From positions 1 through 64,000 of the IMG/VR virus record IMGVR_UViG_3300028783_000001: DNA of 64,000 nucleotides; one strand, given 5' to 3'. The notes under the pieces are model-generated. The model saw nothing but the letters and a program-made list of their open reading frames with translations. It was not told the origin of the DNA and searched no databases. Shown here one piece after another: positions 20,199 to 29,721 of this stretch (the first letter of the stretch is position 1; every line of letters begins with the position of its first letter). The stretch comes from a virus. A program made the translations under genes and the position numbers.

Positions 20199-20809
20199 GG
20201 GACCTGACCTCCTTCATTAAGATGTCCGGCGGGCATTCGTCAGCAGATCACATGCGCGAGCGCGTAGCTGTTCTCGACGGGTTCCACACGCCGCGCGAGG
20301 CAGTCGTAGCTCTGATGAAATGCGAGCAAATCCACGACAACGTGTGGGAGCCGGCCAACGGTTTTTCCCGTATCTCCAGAGTGCTCCGTGAGTATGGTCT
20401 GCGTGTAGCCACAAGCGACATCCATCGGTGGCACTCCGGTACAAAGGTTGAACGAGCGTTTGCCGACTTCAGCGACCTGCCAAGTCCGTTTCGTCGGAAT
20501 GGGTGCGATATCATAACAAATCCTCCATTCGTTCGGGCGCAAGAGTTTGTCGAACACTCCATGGACCTTCTGCACGACGGTGGCCGATTGTGTCTCCTGC
20601 TCAGGCTCCAGTTCCTAGAGGGTAACAAGCGCGCAGATATGTTTAAGAAGTATCCTCCTCTCCGGGTGCATGTATTCTCCTACCGTCTACCGCGCATGCA
20701 CCGCTTCCTCTATCGAGGCCCGCAGGGAGGTAGCACGATTGCATTTGCATGGTTCGTTTGGAGTAAGGGGTACAAAGGCCCCACTGAAATTAAATGGATA
20801 ACGCGATGA
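20195..20809 (+). CDS. putative DNA N6-adenine methyltransferase
   Basis: VWEPANG (motif I-like), DIITNPPF (motif IV), LLRLQFLEG, AFAWFVW. Confidence 0.75.
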   Translation: MRDLTSFIKMSGGHSSADHMRERVAVLDGFHTPREAVVALMKCEQIHDNVWEPANGFSRISRVLREYGLRVATSDIHRWHSGTKVERAFADFSDLPSPFRRNGCDIITNPPFVRAQEFVEHSMDLLHDGGRLCLLLRLQFLEGNKRADMFKKYPPLRVHVFSYRLPRMHRFLYRGPQGGSTIAFAWFVWSKGYKGPTEIKWITR

Positions 20810-21237
20810 CCACCAGAGCCAGACGGCGTCGCATCGACGCTACCTTGCACGAAAACCCCCGCGCCGTCGATGCCCCAAACCACCTTCCAGACGTAGACGC
20901 TCCGCGCGTGCTAGACTTTGTGCGTGAGCTCACGAGCTTACTGGTTGGTGAGGTCGCCCCAACCCAGCCTCTCATGCTAGATATCCTGAATCGGATGAAG
21001 CGCATGCATCTAGGCGCGCTCGGTGTAGATCCGGTAGATGAAACCAACGTGGAGATTACCGTTGGATTGAATTTACGTGGCTGCGAGGCATTTGATCGCG
21101 TGTGGGGCGTTGGCCTCTCACCAAGCCCTTCCGTTTCGCGCAAGCGTATCCTAGATGGGGATGAGGATCTTCAGTTTGAGCAGTTAGTGCGCGCGACAGT
21201 TTCTGTATCTACGACGACGATAAAGTATGAATCATGA
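20806..21237 (+). CDS. hypothetical protein
   Basis: ATGA overlaps on both ends. Confidence 0.55.
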   Translation: MTTRARRRRIDATLHENPRAVDAPNHLPDVDAPRVLDFVRELTSLLVGEVAPTQPLMLDILNRMKRMHLGALGVDPVDETNVEITVGLNLRGCEAFDRVWGVGLSPSPSVSRKRILDGDEDLQFEQLVRATVSVSTTTIKYES

Positions 21238-22031
21238 AATCTGTTTTGATTGGCGACCAGCGAGTCGTCTTAGGGGATTGCATTGAAGGTATGGGACTGA
21301 TGCGCGCTGGCAACGTCGACGTCATTACCACCTCCCCACCATACAACATTGGTATGGATTATAGCAAGCATAAAGACCGCATGGATGATAGTGCCTACCT
21401 TTCCTGGATGGGAGATGTCGCAGCCGCCTGCCGTCGCGTGTTGAAGCCGGGAGGCTCCATCTTCCTAAACGTCGGCAGCAACGGAACGCGGCCCTGGACG
21501 GCAATAGACGTTGCATGCGCGTTTCGCAAATACCTCGTCCTACAGAATATTATCGTATGGGTAAAGAGCGTAGCCATCGGAGACCGCACGCACGGGCACT
21601 TCCGTCCGATAACATCGAAGCGCTACCTCAATGGTTGCCACGAGATGATCTACCACTTCAGCCTAGATGGAAATGTCGAGCTAGATAGGCTGGCAATCGG
21701 CGTTCCTTACACGGGCGAGCGTAATCCCAGTCGGTTTGGTCATGGTAGGCAGACTCACTGTCGCGGCAACACCTGGCACATCGGCTATGAGACTGTTCAT
21801 TATAATGAACAGCGATTCAACCATCCAGCGGCCTTCCCACTAACGCTTCCATACACGTGCATGAGATTGCATGGGGGTAAAGGACTACGCGTGTTGGACC
21901 CGTTTCTGGGAACCGGCACGACGCTTCTTGCCTCAGCGATGCTAGGCCACCGAGGAGTTGGGTTTGATGTAGATCCTGCATACGCACGGACAGCGGTTAG
22001 CCGCCTCCGGTCACTAAGCTCCAAAACGTAG
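21234..22031 (+). CDS. site-specific DNA methyltransferase, beta class (N4-C/N6-A)
   Basis: TSPPY precedes HPAAFP and LDPFLGTGTT. Confidence 0.9.
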   Translation: MKSVLIGDQRVVLGDCIEGMGLMRAGNVDVITTSPPYNIGMDYSKHKDRMDDSAYLSWMGDVAAACRRVLKPGGSIFLNVGSNGTRPWTAIDVACAFRKYLVLQNIIVWVKSVAIGDRTHGHFRPITSKRYLNGCHEMIYHFSLDGNVELDRLAIGVPYTGERNPSRFGHGRQTHCRGNTWHIGYETVHYNEQRFNHPAAFPLTLPYTCMRLHGGKGLRVLDPFLGTGTTLLASAMLGHRGVGFDVDPAYARTAVSRLRSLSSKT

Positions 22032-22033
22032 GA

Positions 22034-22822
22034 ATGGGTATCATCATGGGAATACCAGTGATCATTCTAGCAGGTGGGTTGGGTACGAGGTTGTCTGAAG
22101 AGACCTCAGTGCGACCGAAGCCAATGGTTGAGATTGGCGGTATGCCGATTCTCTGGCATATAATGAAGATGTACTCCGCTCACGGCTTCAATGATTTTGT
22201 GATATGCTTGGGCTACAAGGGTTATCTAATAAAGGAGTTTTTCTCAAATTATTATCTACATATGTCCGACGTCACTTTCGATATGAAGACGGGTGCGATG
22301 GAGATTCATCGTAGCTACACCGAACCTTGGCGCGTTACGCTAGTGGACACAGGCGACCAAACCCAGACGGGCGGCCGTCTCAAGCGTGCACTGGATTATG
22401 TTAAGAATGAAGAGGTGTTTGCGCTCACCTACGGCGACGGACTCTCGAACATCGACCTTACTGCGGAGCTGGCTTTTCACAAAGCGCACGGTAAGCTCGC
22501 AACGGTCGCCGCTGTTCGCCCAACAACGCGCTTTGGTGCTATGACACTAGACGGGGAAAGAGTGATCGAGTTTGCCGAAAAACCAGTAGCAGAAGCGAGC
22601 TGGGTTAGCGGTGGATTCTTTTTCCTCTCTCCCAAGGTTGGTGAACTTATCGAAGACGACTCCACGATATGGGAGCGTGGCCCAGCAATTGCGCTTGCAT
22701 TAAAGAACGAATTACGTGCCTTCGAACATGACGGATTTTGGCAGCCAATGGATAATCTTCGAGACCAACAGCTTCTGGATTTCCTATGGAAGTCGGGCAA
22801 CCCACCCTGGAAGGTATGGTGA
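22034..22822 (+). CDS. rfbF: glucose-1-phosphate cytidylyltransferase
   Basis: ILAGGLGTRLSEET..RPKPMVEIGG, TQTGGRLKR, LTYGDG, GFWQPMD, PPWKVW. Confidence 0.93.
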   Translation: MGIIMGIPVIILAGGLGTRLSEETSVRPKPMVEIGGMPILWHIMKMYSAHGFNDFVICLGYKGYLIKEFFSNYYLHMSDVTFDMKTGAMEIHRSYTEPWRVTLVDTGDQTQTGGRLKRALDYVKNEEVFALTYGDGLSNIDLTAELAFHKAHGKLATVAAVRPTTRFGAMTLDGERVIEFAEKPVAEASWVSGGFFFLSPKVGELIEDDSTIWERGPAIALALKNELRAFEHDGFWQPMDNLRDQQLLDFLWKSGNPPWKVW

Positions 22823-22825
22823 ATT

Positions 22826-23875
22826 ATGCGCATCCTCATAACGGGTAATATGGGCTATGTAGGTTCGGTGCTTACACGTCATCTGCGCCGCGTCTCGGAA
22901 TCGACTTATATCGCAGGATACGACTCAGGTTTTTTCGCTCACTGTCTCACTACAACAAGTGAGCTCCCTGAGCGCTTCCTGGATGTACAACGATTCGGCG
23001 ACGTGCGATCCGTGATAAGTGCAAGCATGCTCCACGGCTTCGACGCTGTAGTTCATCTAGCGGCAGTATCAAACGATCCAATGGGCAACCGATTCGAGGC
23101 GGTGACCGATGAGATCAATCACCGCGCGAGCGTCGCACTAGCTGAGGCAGCCGCAGCGGCCGGTGTTAAAAACTTCGTCTTTGCGTCGAGCTGTAGTGTA
23201 TATGGCTTTGCAGAGGATGGCCATGCTCGTAGTGAGGAAGATACACTAAACCCACTAACGGCCTACGCGCGTTCGAAGATTGCTACCGAGGAGTCGCTTA
23301 AGAATATCAATCTCAATGGTATGACGGTAACGGCGTTGCGCTTCGCCACCGCATGTGGGATGTCTGATCGTCTGCGTCTTGATCTTGTGTTAAACGACTT
23401 CGTTGCCTGTGCGCTAGCGTCCGGTGAGATAACCGTGATGAGCGATGGTACCCCATGGAGACCTCTTATCGAAGTGCGCGATATGGCGCGGGCTATTGAG
23501 TGGTCAATCGCGCGACCTGCCGACAACGGCGGGCAGTTTTTAGTGGTGAACGCTGGCTCCAACAGTTGGAACCTTCAAGTAAAGGATCTAGCCCAGAGCG
23601 TCGCTGGTGTGGTCGGTAACACGACGGTGTCGATCAATACCGACGCACCACCTGACAAGCGTTCATATGAGGTCAACTTCGGTCTGTTCGAAAAATTAGC
23701 GCCCAACCACCAGCCATTGCAAACGCTCGATTCCACTATCACTAGATTGCGGGACGGGTTACGTGCGATAAACTTCAATGATCCAAACTTCCGACAGTCG
23801 CAACTCATCCGGCTAAGAGCACTAGAGAAGCATATGCTCGATGGACGGTTAACTGCCAATCTTCGCTGGGTGTAA
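22826..23875 (+). CDS. extended SDR NDP-sugar epimerase/oxidoreductase
   Basis: TGNMGYVG, HLAAVSNDP, SSCSVYG, YARSK. Confidence 0.88.
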   Translation: MRILITGNMGYVGSVLTRHLRRVSESTYIAGYDSGFFAHCLTTTSELPERFLDVQRFGDVRSVISASMLHGFDAVVHLAAVSNDPMGNRFEAVTDEINHRASVALAEAAAAAGVKNFVFASSCSVYGFAEDGHARSEEDTLNPLTAYARSKIATEESLKNINLNGMTVTALRFATACGMSDRLRLDLVLNDFVACALASGEITVMSDGTPWRPLIEVRDMARAIEWSIARPADNGGQFLVVNAGSNSWNLQVKDLAQSVAGVVGNTTVSINTDAPPDKRSYEVNFGLFEKLAPNHQPLQTLDSTITRLRDGLRAINFNDPNFRQSQLIRLRALEKHMLDGRLTANLRWV

Positions 23876-23894
23876 ACAGCTAGGGACTACATCA

Positions 23895-24452
23895 ATGATC
23901 TTTCACGATACACCGATACACGACGCCCGCCTTATCGAACTTGAGCGGCGAGGTGATGATCGCGGCTTCTTCGCTCGACTCTATTGCGAAGACGAATTTG
24001 CGGCTGAGGGGCTGGAGACGCACTTTGTTCAAGCAAACAATTCCTTCTCCCAGGTGAGAGGCACGCTTCGGGGAATGCACTACCAGTTACCACCATCTGC
24101 AGAAGTTAAAATCGTGCGCGCCATCAAGGGTGCCTTGTGGGACTGCATTGCAGATCTACGGCCCGATTCGCCTACATTCGGTGAATGGTTTGGAACGGAA
24201 TTAAACGACGAAAACCGTCGAATGCTATATGTTCCTCGTGGTGTAGCCCATGGGTTTCTGACGCTCACCGATAACACTGAGGCACTCTACCTAGTGAGCG
24301 ACTTCTACAACGCAGAGGCTGAGCGTGGCCTACGTTTTGATGATCCTTGGCTCAACATCAAATGGCCTACCGTTCCTGTGGAAATTTCCCATAAGGATAG
24401 AAGCTGGCCCGACTTCGATGCAAGCCGTGCGTGGGTAAAGGAAGGGCAATAA
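23895..24452 (+). CDS. rfbC: NDP-4-keto-sugar 3,5-epimerase (RmlC/RfbC family)
   Basis: DDRGFF, GTLRGMHYQ, DLRPDSPTFG, YVPRGVAHGF. Confidence 0.92.
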   Translation: MIFHDTPIHDARLIELERRGDDRGFFARLYCEDEFAAEGLETHFVQANNSFSQVRGTLRGMHYQLPPSAEVKIVRAIKGALWDCIADLRPDSPTFGEWFGTELNDENRRMLYVPRGVAHGFLTLTDNTEALYLVSDFYNAEAERGLRFDDPWLNIKWPTVPVEISHKDRSWPDFDASRAWVKEGQ

Positions 24453-24453
24453 G

Positions 24454-25398
24454 ATGACCCAGAAGATTTTGGTAACTGGCGCGCGCGGCTATCTCGGCGG
24501 ACGTCTGGTGAAGTACCTAGTCTCCCGTGGAAAAAGTGTGGTCGGTAGCACCAGAGCGTGGGGGATAAGCAATCCTCATGAATGGCCAGATTGCGTTCCT
24601 CTCGTCACTATCAATCCTACAGATAGCCCTCTCGTGACGAGAACCTTATTGGAAGGCATTGACTGTATATACCACCTCTCTGCAGCAAACGCAGCGCGTT
24701 CGTCACGGGATCCAGACGCGGCCTTATTTGAGACTGCTACCGGAACCAGACGTCTGATCGGAGCGGCAATTCTCGCAGGGGTGAAGCGATTCATCTTCAT
24801 TTCACCGATTCAAGTTTACGGAAACCCTCTATTTGGTGAGATCACAGAGAGCACTATTCCGAAACCAACCAACCCATACGCGATTACCCATCTAGCTGGT
24901 GAGCATTTTGCGCTAGCAGCCTCTAACCGAATCGACGTTACGGTAGTTCGGCTGTCCAATGGAACAGGAACTCCTGCGTGGCTCGACGGTGATCATTGGA
25001 TGCTAGCTGGAAACGATTTTGCTCGGCAGGCTGTTGAGACTGGTGAGATTGTTGTCAATGCACCAGGGCAGTGGCGAGATTTCATAGCTCTTTCAGACGT
25101 CTGTAGGGCGCTGTGTACCCTTTCGGAAAAGACGGGAATCAGCGTGTTAAATTTGAGTAGCGGAAAGGCGAGCCGCCTTGGTGATCTAGCTGCGTTAACA
25201 GCGTCGGTCGCGAGCCTGCTACTGGGAAAGCAAATTCTCGTCAACGGTCCAGGCGATCTTGGTGACTCCATACCACCGTTTCATATCTCCACCGAATTGC
25301 TAACCTCTCTTGGGTCTGTTCGGTTTATTCCATCAGGGGATGAGGCGTTGGAGTTGGAGCAGGCTGTAACAATTCAGAGGTTAATACACAGGAGATGA
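24454..25398 (+). CDS. extended SDR NDP-sugar reductase/epimerase with YxxxH in place of YxxxK
   Basis: TGARGYLG, QVYG, NPYAITH, RDFI. Confidence 0.8.
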   Translation: MTQKILVTGARGYLGGRLVKYLVSRGKSVVGSTRAWGISNPHEWPDCVPLVTINPTDSPLVTRTLLEGIDCIYHLSAANAARSSRDPDAALFETATGTRRLIGAAILAGVKRFIFISPIQVYGNPLFGEITESTIPKPTNPYAITHLAGEHFALAASNRIDVTVVRLSNGTGTPAWLDGDHWMLAGNDFARQAVETGEIVVNAPGQWRDFIALSDVCRALCTLSEKTGISVLNLSSGKASRLGDLAALTASVASLLLGKQILVNGPGDLGDSIPPFHISTELLTSLGSVRFIPSGDEALELEQAVTIQRLIHRR

Positions 25399-25402
25399 TG
25401 AA

Positions 25403-26188
25403 GTGAAGAAGGAACTTACAATAGCGGACCTACGCCCCGCCGCATACAACCCACGCCTCATTACACCTACCCAGAAGCTGGCCCTCCGTGATAGCTACCT
25501 CAAGTATGGGGATCTTAGTGGTATCACTTTCAATACGACGACCGGCAACCTTGTTGGTGGGCATCAGCGCTGCGAGTTGTTCAAGAAGAGTTCACGTGTC
25601 GTTCGCAATGCCCACAAAGATTCGATGGGAACCGTTGCCGTTGGGCATGTTGAGGTACCCGGCAAAGACGGTAAGACGCTAAAGATTCCATACCGAGAGG
25701 TCGCATGGACTGTAGACGTCGAGATGGCTGCTAATATCGCAGCAAACGCCGCTGGCGGTAGCTTCGACCAGGTGAAGCTCGGTAAGATCATCAAGCGCCT
25801 GGAGAAGCATAAGTTTCCCATTGAGTCGATTCCCATCGATTCCATAGAGCTATCCCGTGCTATACGAACATTCGAGTATTTGAATAGGGACAACGACAAG
25901 ACGGTACCTGTAAGCGGACATCTTCGCCGTATAGCAAAAGCCGATATGAGCGAGCATTGGCAAGGAATGCCAGAATACGAACACAAAGATATGATGGCTC
26001 ACCGCAAGATAATCGTAAACTTCGCGTCCGACGACGACGTAGCTAAGTTTGCTGCTAGGATCGGCCAGAAGATTGGACCTAATGAACGCAGCATCTGGTT
26101 TCCACCAGCCCGTATCGACACTTACGCTGATAAATGTTACACTGCTCAGCCTGCGGTGAGACGAGTAGCAAGTCGCAAGCAGGGATAA
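25403..26188 (+). CDS. ParB/Srx-like N-terminal domain fused to a glycosyltransferase-associated small domain
   Basis: LRPAAYNPR...LVGGHQR; C-terminal WQGMPEY...IVNF...SIWFP. Confidence 0.75.
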   Translation: MKKELTIADLRPAAYNPRLITPTQKLALRDSYLKYGDLSGITFNTTTGNLVGGHQRCELFKKSSRVVRNAHKDSMGTVAVGHVEVPGKDGKTLKIPYREVAWTVDVEMAANIAANAAGGSFDQVKLGKIIKRLEKHKFPIESIPIDSIELSRAIRTFEYLNRDNDKTVPVSGHLRRIAKADMSEHWQGMPEYEHKDMMAHRKIIVNFASDDDVAKFAARIGQKIGPNERSIWFPPARIDTYADKCYTAQPAVRRVASRKQG

Positions 26189-26192
26189 GGCC

Positions 26193-27131
26193 ATGGCGTC
26201 ACCACAATTTCCAATCTACATTTGCAGCAAGGGCCGTTCCCAGTATGGGCACACGATGCATGCGCTCGACCAGATGGGCGTACCTTACCGCATCATAGTG
26301 GATAAGTCTGACTACAGGGCGTACGCCAATGTGTTTGGAGCGAAGCGCATACTCGTACTAGATAGCTTCTATGAGCGCGAGTATGAGACGTGCGACGACC
26401 TGGGCATGTCGAAGTCGCTAGGCCCTGGGCCGAAGCGCAACTTTGCGTGGGACCACGCGATAGATGAAGGCCACGCATGGCACTGGATCATTGACGATAA
26501 TATCGCCGGCTTCTTTCGCTTCAACCTAAACCTAAAGACCCCTGTTGGTGACGGCACCATCCTCAGGTGCATGGAAGACTTCGTACTGCGTTACGAAAAT
26601 GTTGGAATGGCCGGCCCAAACTACTTCATGTTCGTGTCGCGCAAGTCGGCAACTCAGCCGCCGTTCGTCCTCAACACGCGCATCTACTCCTGCAACCTAA
26701 TCCGCAATGACCTACCTCTATCGTGGAGGTGCCGCTACAACGAGGATACCGACATATCGCTGCAGGTGCTCAAGTCGGGTTGGTGTACGGTTTTGTTCAA
26801 CGCCTTCCTGCAAGAGAAGCTGCCCACGCAGACTGTGCCGGGCGGGAACACCGCCGACTTCTATGTCAAGGAAGGCACGCGAGAGAAGTCGAAGATGCTA
26901 TGCCGTATGCACCCTGATGTTACCGAGTTGGTGGATAGGTTTGGGCGCGATCACCACTACGTGGATTACAGTGGGTTCCGCACGCCGCTCATATTCAAGA
27001 AGGATCAGCAGATTTCGGGTGTAAACAACTATGGTATGACACGTATCCACGTTGACCGTTCCCTACGCCGTTCCCTGGGAGATGCTATGCGCTCAGGCAG
27101 ACAGAAGGTCAAGGATTCCAAGGCCAGCTAG
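26193..27131 (+). CDS. GREB1-like / TET-associated-type glycosyltransferase (GT-A fold)
   Basis: PIYICSKGR, RNFAWDH, WIIDDNI (DD metal motif), TRIYSCNLI, YNEDTD, GGNT. Confidence 0.82.
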   Translation: MASPQFPIYICSKGRSQYGHTMHALDQMGVPYRIIVDKSDYRAYANVFGAKRILVLDSFYEREYETCDDLGMSKSLGPGPKRNFAWDHAIDEGHAWHWIIDDNIAGFFRFNLNLKTPVGDGTILRCMEDFVLRYENVGMAGPNYFMFVSRKSATQPPFVLNTRIYSCNLIRNDLPLSWRCRYNEDTDISLQVLKSGWCTVLFNAFLQEKLPTQTVPGGNTADFYVKEGTREKSKMLCRMHPDVTELVDRFGRDHHYVDYSGFRTPLIFKKDQQISGVNNYGMTRIHVDRSLRRSLGDAMRSGRQKVKDSKAS

Positions 27132-27192
27132 CTCCTGTGGATGCCCAGGAATCCAGGGGTTTACCCCTAGGTGAAAATAGCTGAAAATTCGC

Positions 27193-27221
27193 TTGACATC
27201 CGGGCTAGGGTATGTTATTCT
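27193..27221 (+). promoter_or_regulatory. sigma70-type (early) promoter
   Basis: TTGACA-17nt-TATTCT with extended -10 TG. Confidence 0.75.
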
Positions 27222-27269
27222 AGGCTTAGAGGCTAAGGAAGCCTTCCACCTAGAACCCAGGAGATTAAC

Positions 27270-27557
27270 ATGAAAACTTCCGCCCTTGCTCGTACCGTCG
27301 CTCCTGCTGCCAAGCGCGCCAAGGTTCCTGCTACCAAGCAGGTCGCTACCAAGCACAAGATCGAATCGATCTATCGCAAGGAGTCGCTGCTGGACCAAGC
27401 CCTTCGGCTCCTTACTCGCAAGAACGGCGCGACGAAGGAAGATTTGACCGCCATCTCTTGGGCATACGGCCTGCTCTATCGTATTCGCCAAAACTACAAG
27501 GTCGTGTCGGAAGGTGATCGTGGGAGCCTCGTCTATCACGTCGCCAAGCAGCTCTAA
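27270..27557 (+). CDS. small basic putative DNA-binding early protein
   Basis: AGGAG RBS; K/A-rich N-terminus, wHTH-like C-terminus. Confidence 0.6.
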   Translation: MKTSALARTVAPAAKRAKVPATKQVATKHKIESIYRKESLLDQALRLLTRKNGATKEDLTAISWAYGLLYRIRQNYKVVSEGDRGSLVYHVAKQL

Positions 27558-27568
27558 CCGAATCGAGC

Positions 27569-27602
27569 AAAAGGCGGGTGCAGATATCTGCACCCGCCTT
27601 TT
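27569..27602 (+). terminator. perfect 34-bp palindrome, bidirectional terminator-like
   Basis: AAAAGGCGGGTGCAGAT|ATCTGCACCCGCCTTTT. Confidence 0.8.
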
Positions 27603-27731
27603 CTATGTCCCCAGTCGGCTCAAAACCGACCACCACCGACAACACCAAAAAACACCTCTAGAATTAGTTTTCGAGAGGCGTTTTCTCTACATTTTGCTAG
27701 GGAAAATCGTTCTACTTTTGTTCCTTTGAGC

Positions 27732-27760
27732 TGGACAACGGCTCGGAAATAGCGTATTCT
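27732..27760 (+). promoter_or_regulatory. sigma70-type promoter
   Basis: TGGACA-17nt-TATTCT with AT-rich upstream. Confidence 0.6.
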
Positions 27761-27804
27761 ATAGAAGCGGGAATCCCCTAAAACGAAGCGAAACGAGGGA
27801 GACA

Positions 27805-28086
27805 ATGATGCTCAAGGAAGATACGAGAATCGGGACGATGTGGATGCACACGTCTAAGGCTATAGCGCGAGGTGAGCCTGCTGAACGACTCTTCGCAGTC
27901 GTCGCTGTAGATGGTCCCCACTTGATAACGTGGAAGCACAGTCTCCGTCCGGATGGAAACGTTTATCACATCGGTCGCCAAGAGGTAATGTCGCGGGATG
28001 ATCCGCGACTCTTCGAAGCGCGTTCGCCAAACGGCGCGACGCCAACAGCGATGTTCAAACCCGACTCGCTATATCGCAAGCTGTAG
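27805..28086 (+). CDS. hypothetical protein
   Basis: GAGGGG RBS. Confidence 0.55.
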   Translation: MMLKEDTRIGTMWMHTSKAIARGEPAERLFAVVAVDGPHLITWKHSLRPDGNVYHIGRQEVMSRDDPRLFEARSPNGATPTAMFKPDSLYRKL

Positions 28087-28095
28087 GAGGAAGCG

Positions 28096-28332
28096 ATGAC
28101 AAAGATAACGGTTATTTTTCGCGGCAAGGCTGGTGACAAGCGTGACCACGAATGCGCCGCAATCTTCAAGAAGCACAGCGGCACGTGCAACGGCGGTGGG
28201 ACCTATCTCGGTGAGAAGCCAGAACGCGACCTCGACTACTCAGTACCTTACAGCAAGGCCGAGGCGTGCATGGATGAGCTGCGAGCCGCAGGCTTCAGCC
28301 CGGACGTAGAACTCGAAGATGGGGAAGGGTGA
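28096..28332 (+). CDS. hypothetical protein
   Basis: AGGAGG RBS. Confidence 0.6.
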   Translation: MTKITVIFRGKAGDKRDHECAAIFKKHSGTCNGGGTYLGEKPERDLDYSVPYSKAEACMDELRAAGFSPDVELEDGEG

Positions 28333-28592
28333 TGAAGTCGCCGTTCAATCCGACCAAGCACGCCGCGCTGTTGGCGCAGGGATTCGTCCATACTCATTAC
28401 GAAGCCGACTATCATGACGACGGCGATGCTGAGAGCGGTCCGCACCTAGCGGGAGATCCTGGATTCGATGCGTATCGCAGCGAGAATGAGCTCATCATCA
28501 TTGATGAGGATGGAACGCTCGTATCACGCGAGCCCATCGATCTAGAGTTTGAAGCATGGGTCGACAAGATGGCAAGTGAGATTTACAAGTGA
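28329..28592 (+). CDS. small acidic protein
   Basis: GTGA overlap; D/E-rich. Confidence 0.55.
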   Translation: MMKSPFNPTKHAALLAQGFVHTHYEADYHDDGDAESGPHLAGDPGFDAYRSENELIIIDEDGTLVSREPIDLEFEAWVDKMASEIYK

Positions 28593-28791
28593 GATTTAAT
28601 CGAGGAGGATCGAAAATGTGCTATTGGGTTGCTTACTATCGCGGTAAATTTCACTATATCCATTATGGTGAAATATGGCAAACCCCAGTATGGGCATCAG
28701 AGTGGATAGTTCCTGGAACTTTGAAACTTTGAACGGACGAAATGGTGTGAGTCTCTGAGCAACAGAGGCATTAAAACTAAGGAGAAGTCAC

Positions 28792-28863
28792 ATGGGACCT
28801 GAATACGCCGTTACCGCCGCCATCTCGCTCTTAGCGGTAGTACTCCTGTTCGCTTTGATCTAG
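28792..28863 (+). CDS. 23-aa single-TM micropeptide
   Basis: TAAGGAG RBS; MGPEYAVTAAISLLAVVLLFALI. Confidence 0.45.
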   Translation: MGPEYAVTAAISLLAVVLLFALI

Positions 28864-28897
28864 GGGAACAGACAATACAAACTCAAGGAACATCGTC

Positions 28898-29275
28898 ATG
28901 AAAACTTTGATAGCTGCCTCACTAATCGCTACCATGATTGGCGTCACGCCAGCCCATGCGTGGACGCGCGACTTCAAGTTTATCAACAACACCTCTTATG
29001 ACATCGGCGTGGTTGGCTTCAAGACGCACAGCGATCTTAAGTGGAACCCCGTCGATGGTTCGCAAATCCCCGCCGGAAATTCGACCAACATAAAATTCAA
29101 AAAGGTTGGGCCATGTCACCTGGACATGAAGGTCGTGTTTGGGGAGCACGACAGCGCGGAGTTTACCGACATAAACTTCTGCTCTACCAGTAGGATCACC
29201 CTCCAGGCAAATTCGGACGGGTCGCTATACATCGACGGTCATGATGGACCGGACGATGATCAGGGAGGAAAATAA
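28898..29275 (+). CDS. secreted/periplasmic beta-rich protein
   Basis: Signal peptide ending AHA-W; DFKFINNTSYDI; two Cys. Confidence 0.65.
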   Translation: MKTLIAASLIATMIGVTPAHAWTRDFKFINNTSYDIGVVGFKTHSDLKWNPVDGSQIPAGNSTNIKFKKVGPCHLDMKVVFGEHDSAEFTDINFCSTSRITLQANSDGSLYIDGHDGPDDDQGGK

Positions 29276-29493
29276 TGGCACCACGTAAGCGTAGGAGCAA
29301 GGCCGAAAAGCAGGCGACTGAAACGGTCAAGCGAATATACCAGGAGCATTGCGGCTTCATCCCCATCGGCGTCTTCGACATCAGCAAGGTGCTGGAGGTG
29401 GGTGAGGCTAGCGTGCTCGCAGGGGATAGCGAGGACGTGACGCGCCGCAAGATTGTTGCGTTTGTTGAAGAGATTAGAAAGGACAAGCCGTGA
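29275..29493 (+). CDS. hypothetical protein
   Basis: TAATG overlap; GGAGG RBS. Confidence 0.55.
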   Translation: MAPRKRRSKAEKQATETVKRIYQEHCGFIPIGVFDISKVLEVGEASVLAGDSEDVTRRKIVAFVEEIRKDKP

Positions 29494-29721
29494 CGATATC
29501 AGCATCTCGCCACAGACGTCACGTGTTGATCTCATATACACGAGTCGTTCGTGCAATGATGAACGAGGAGCGGTCAGCGATAGCAAGTTGCCGTCTGCTG
29601 AGAGAATCGCAGCGCTGGATGGCTGACCTGCGTAGGTGCCGAGACGGCCTAGAAGACCGTTAGTCTAGACACCATCGGTAAATAAACTAGGTAAGATCAC
29701 AAACCAAAAGGAACATGTAAC

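Noticed and set aside
22034-25398. Host O-antigen locus contamination or chimeric contig
   Set aside because: Genes are tightly coupled to flanking phage-type MTase and ParB genes on the same strand; no flippase, polymerase or LPS GT present
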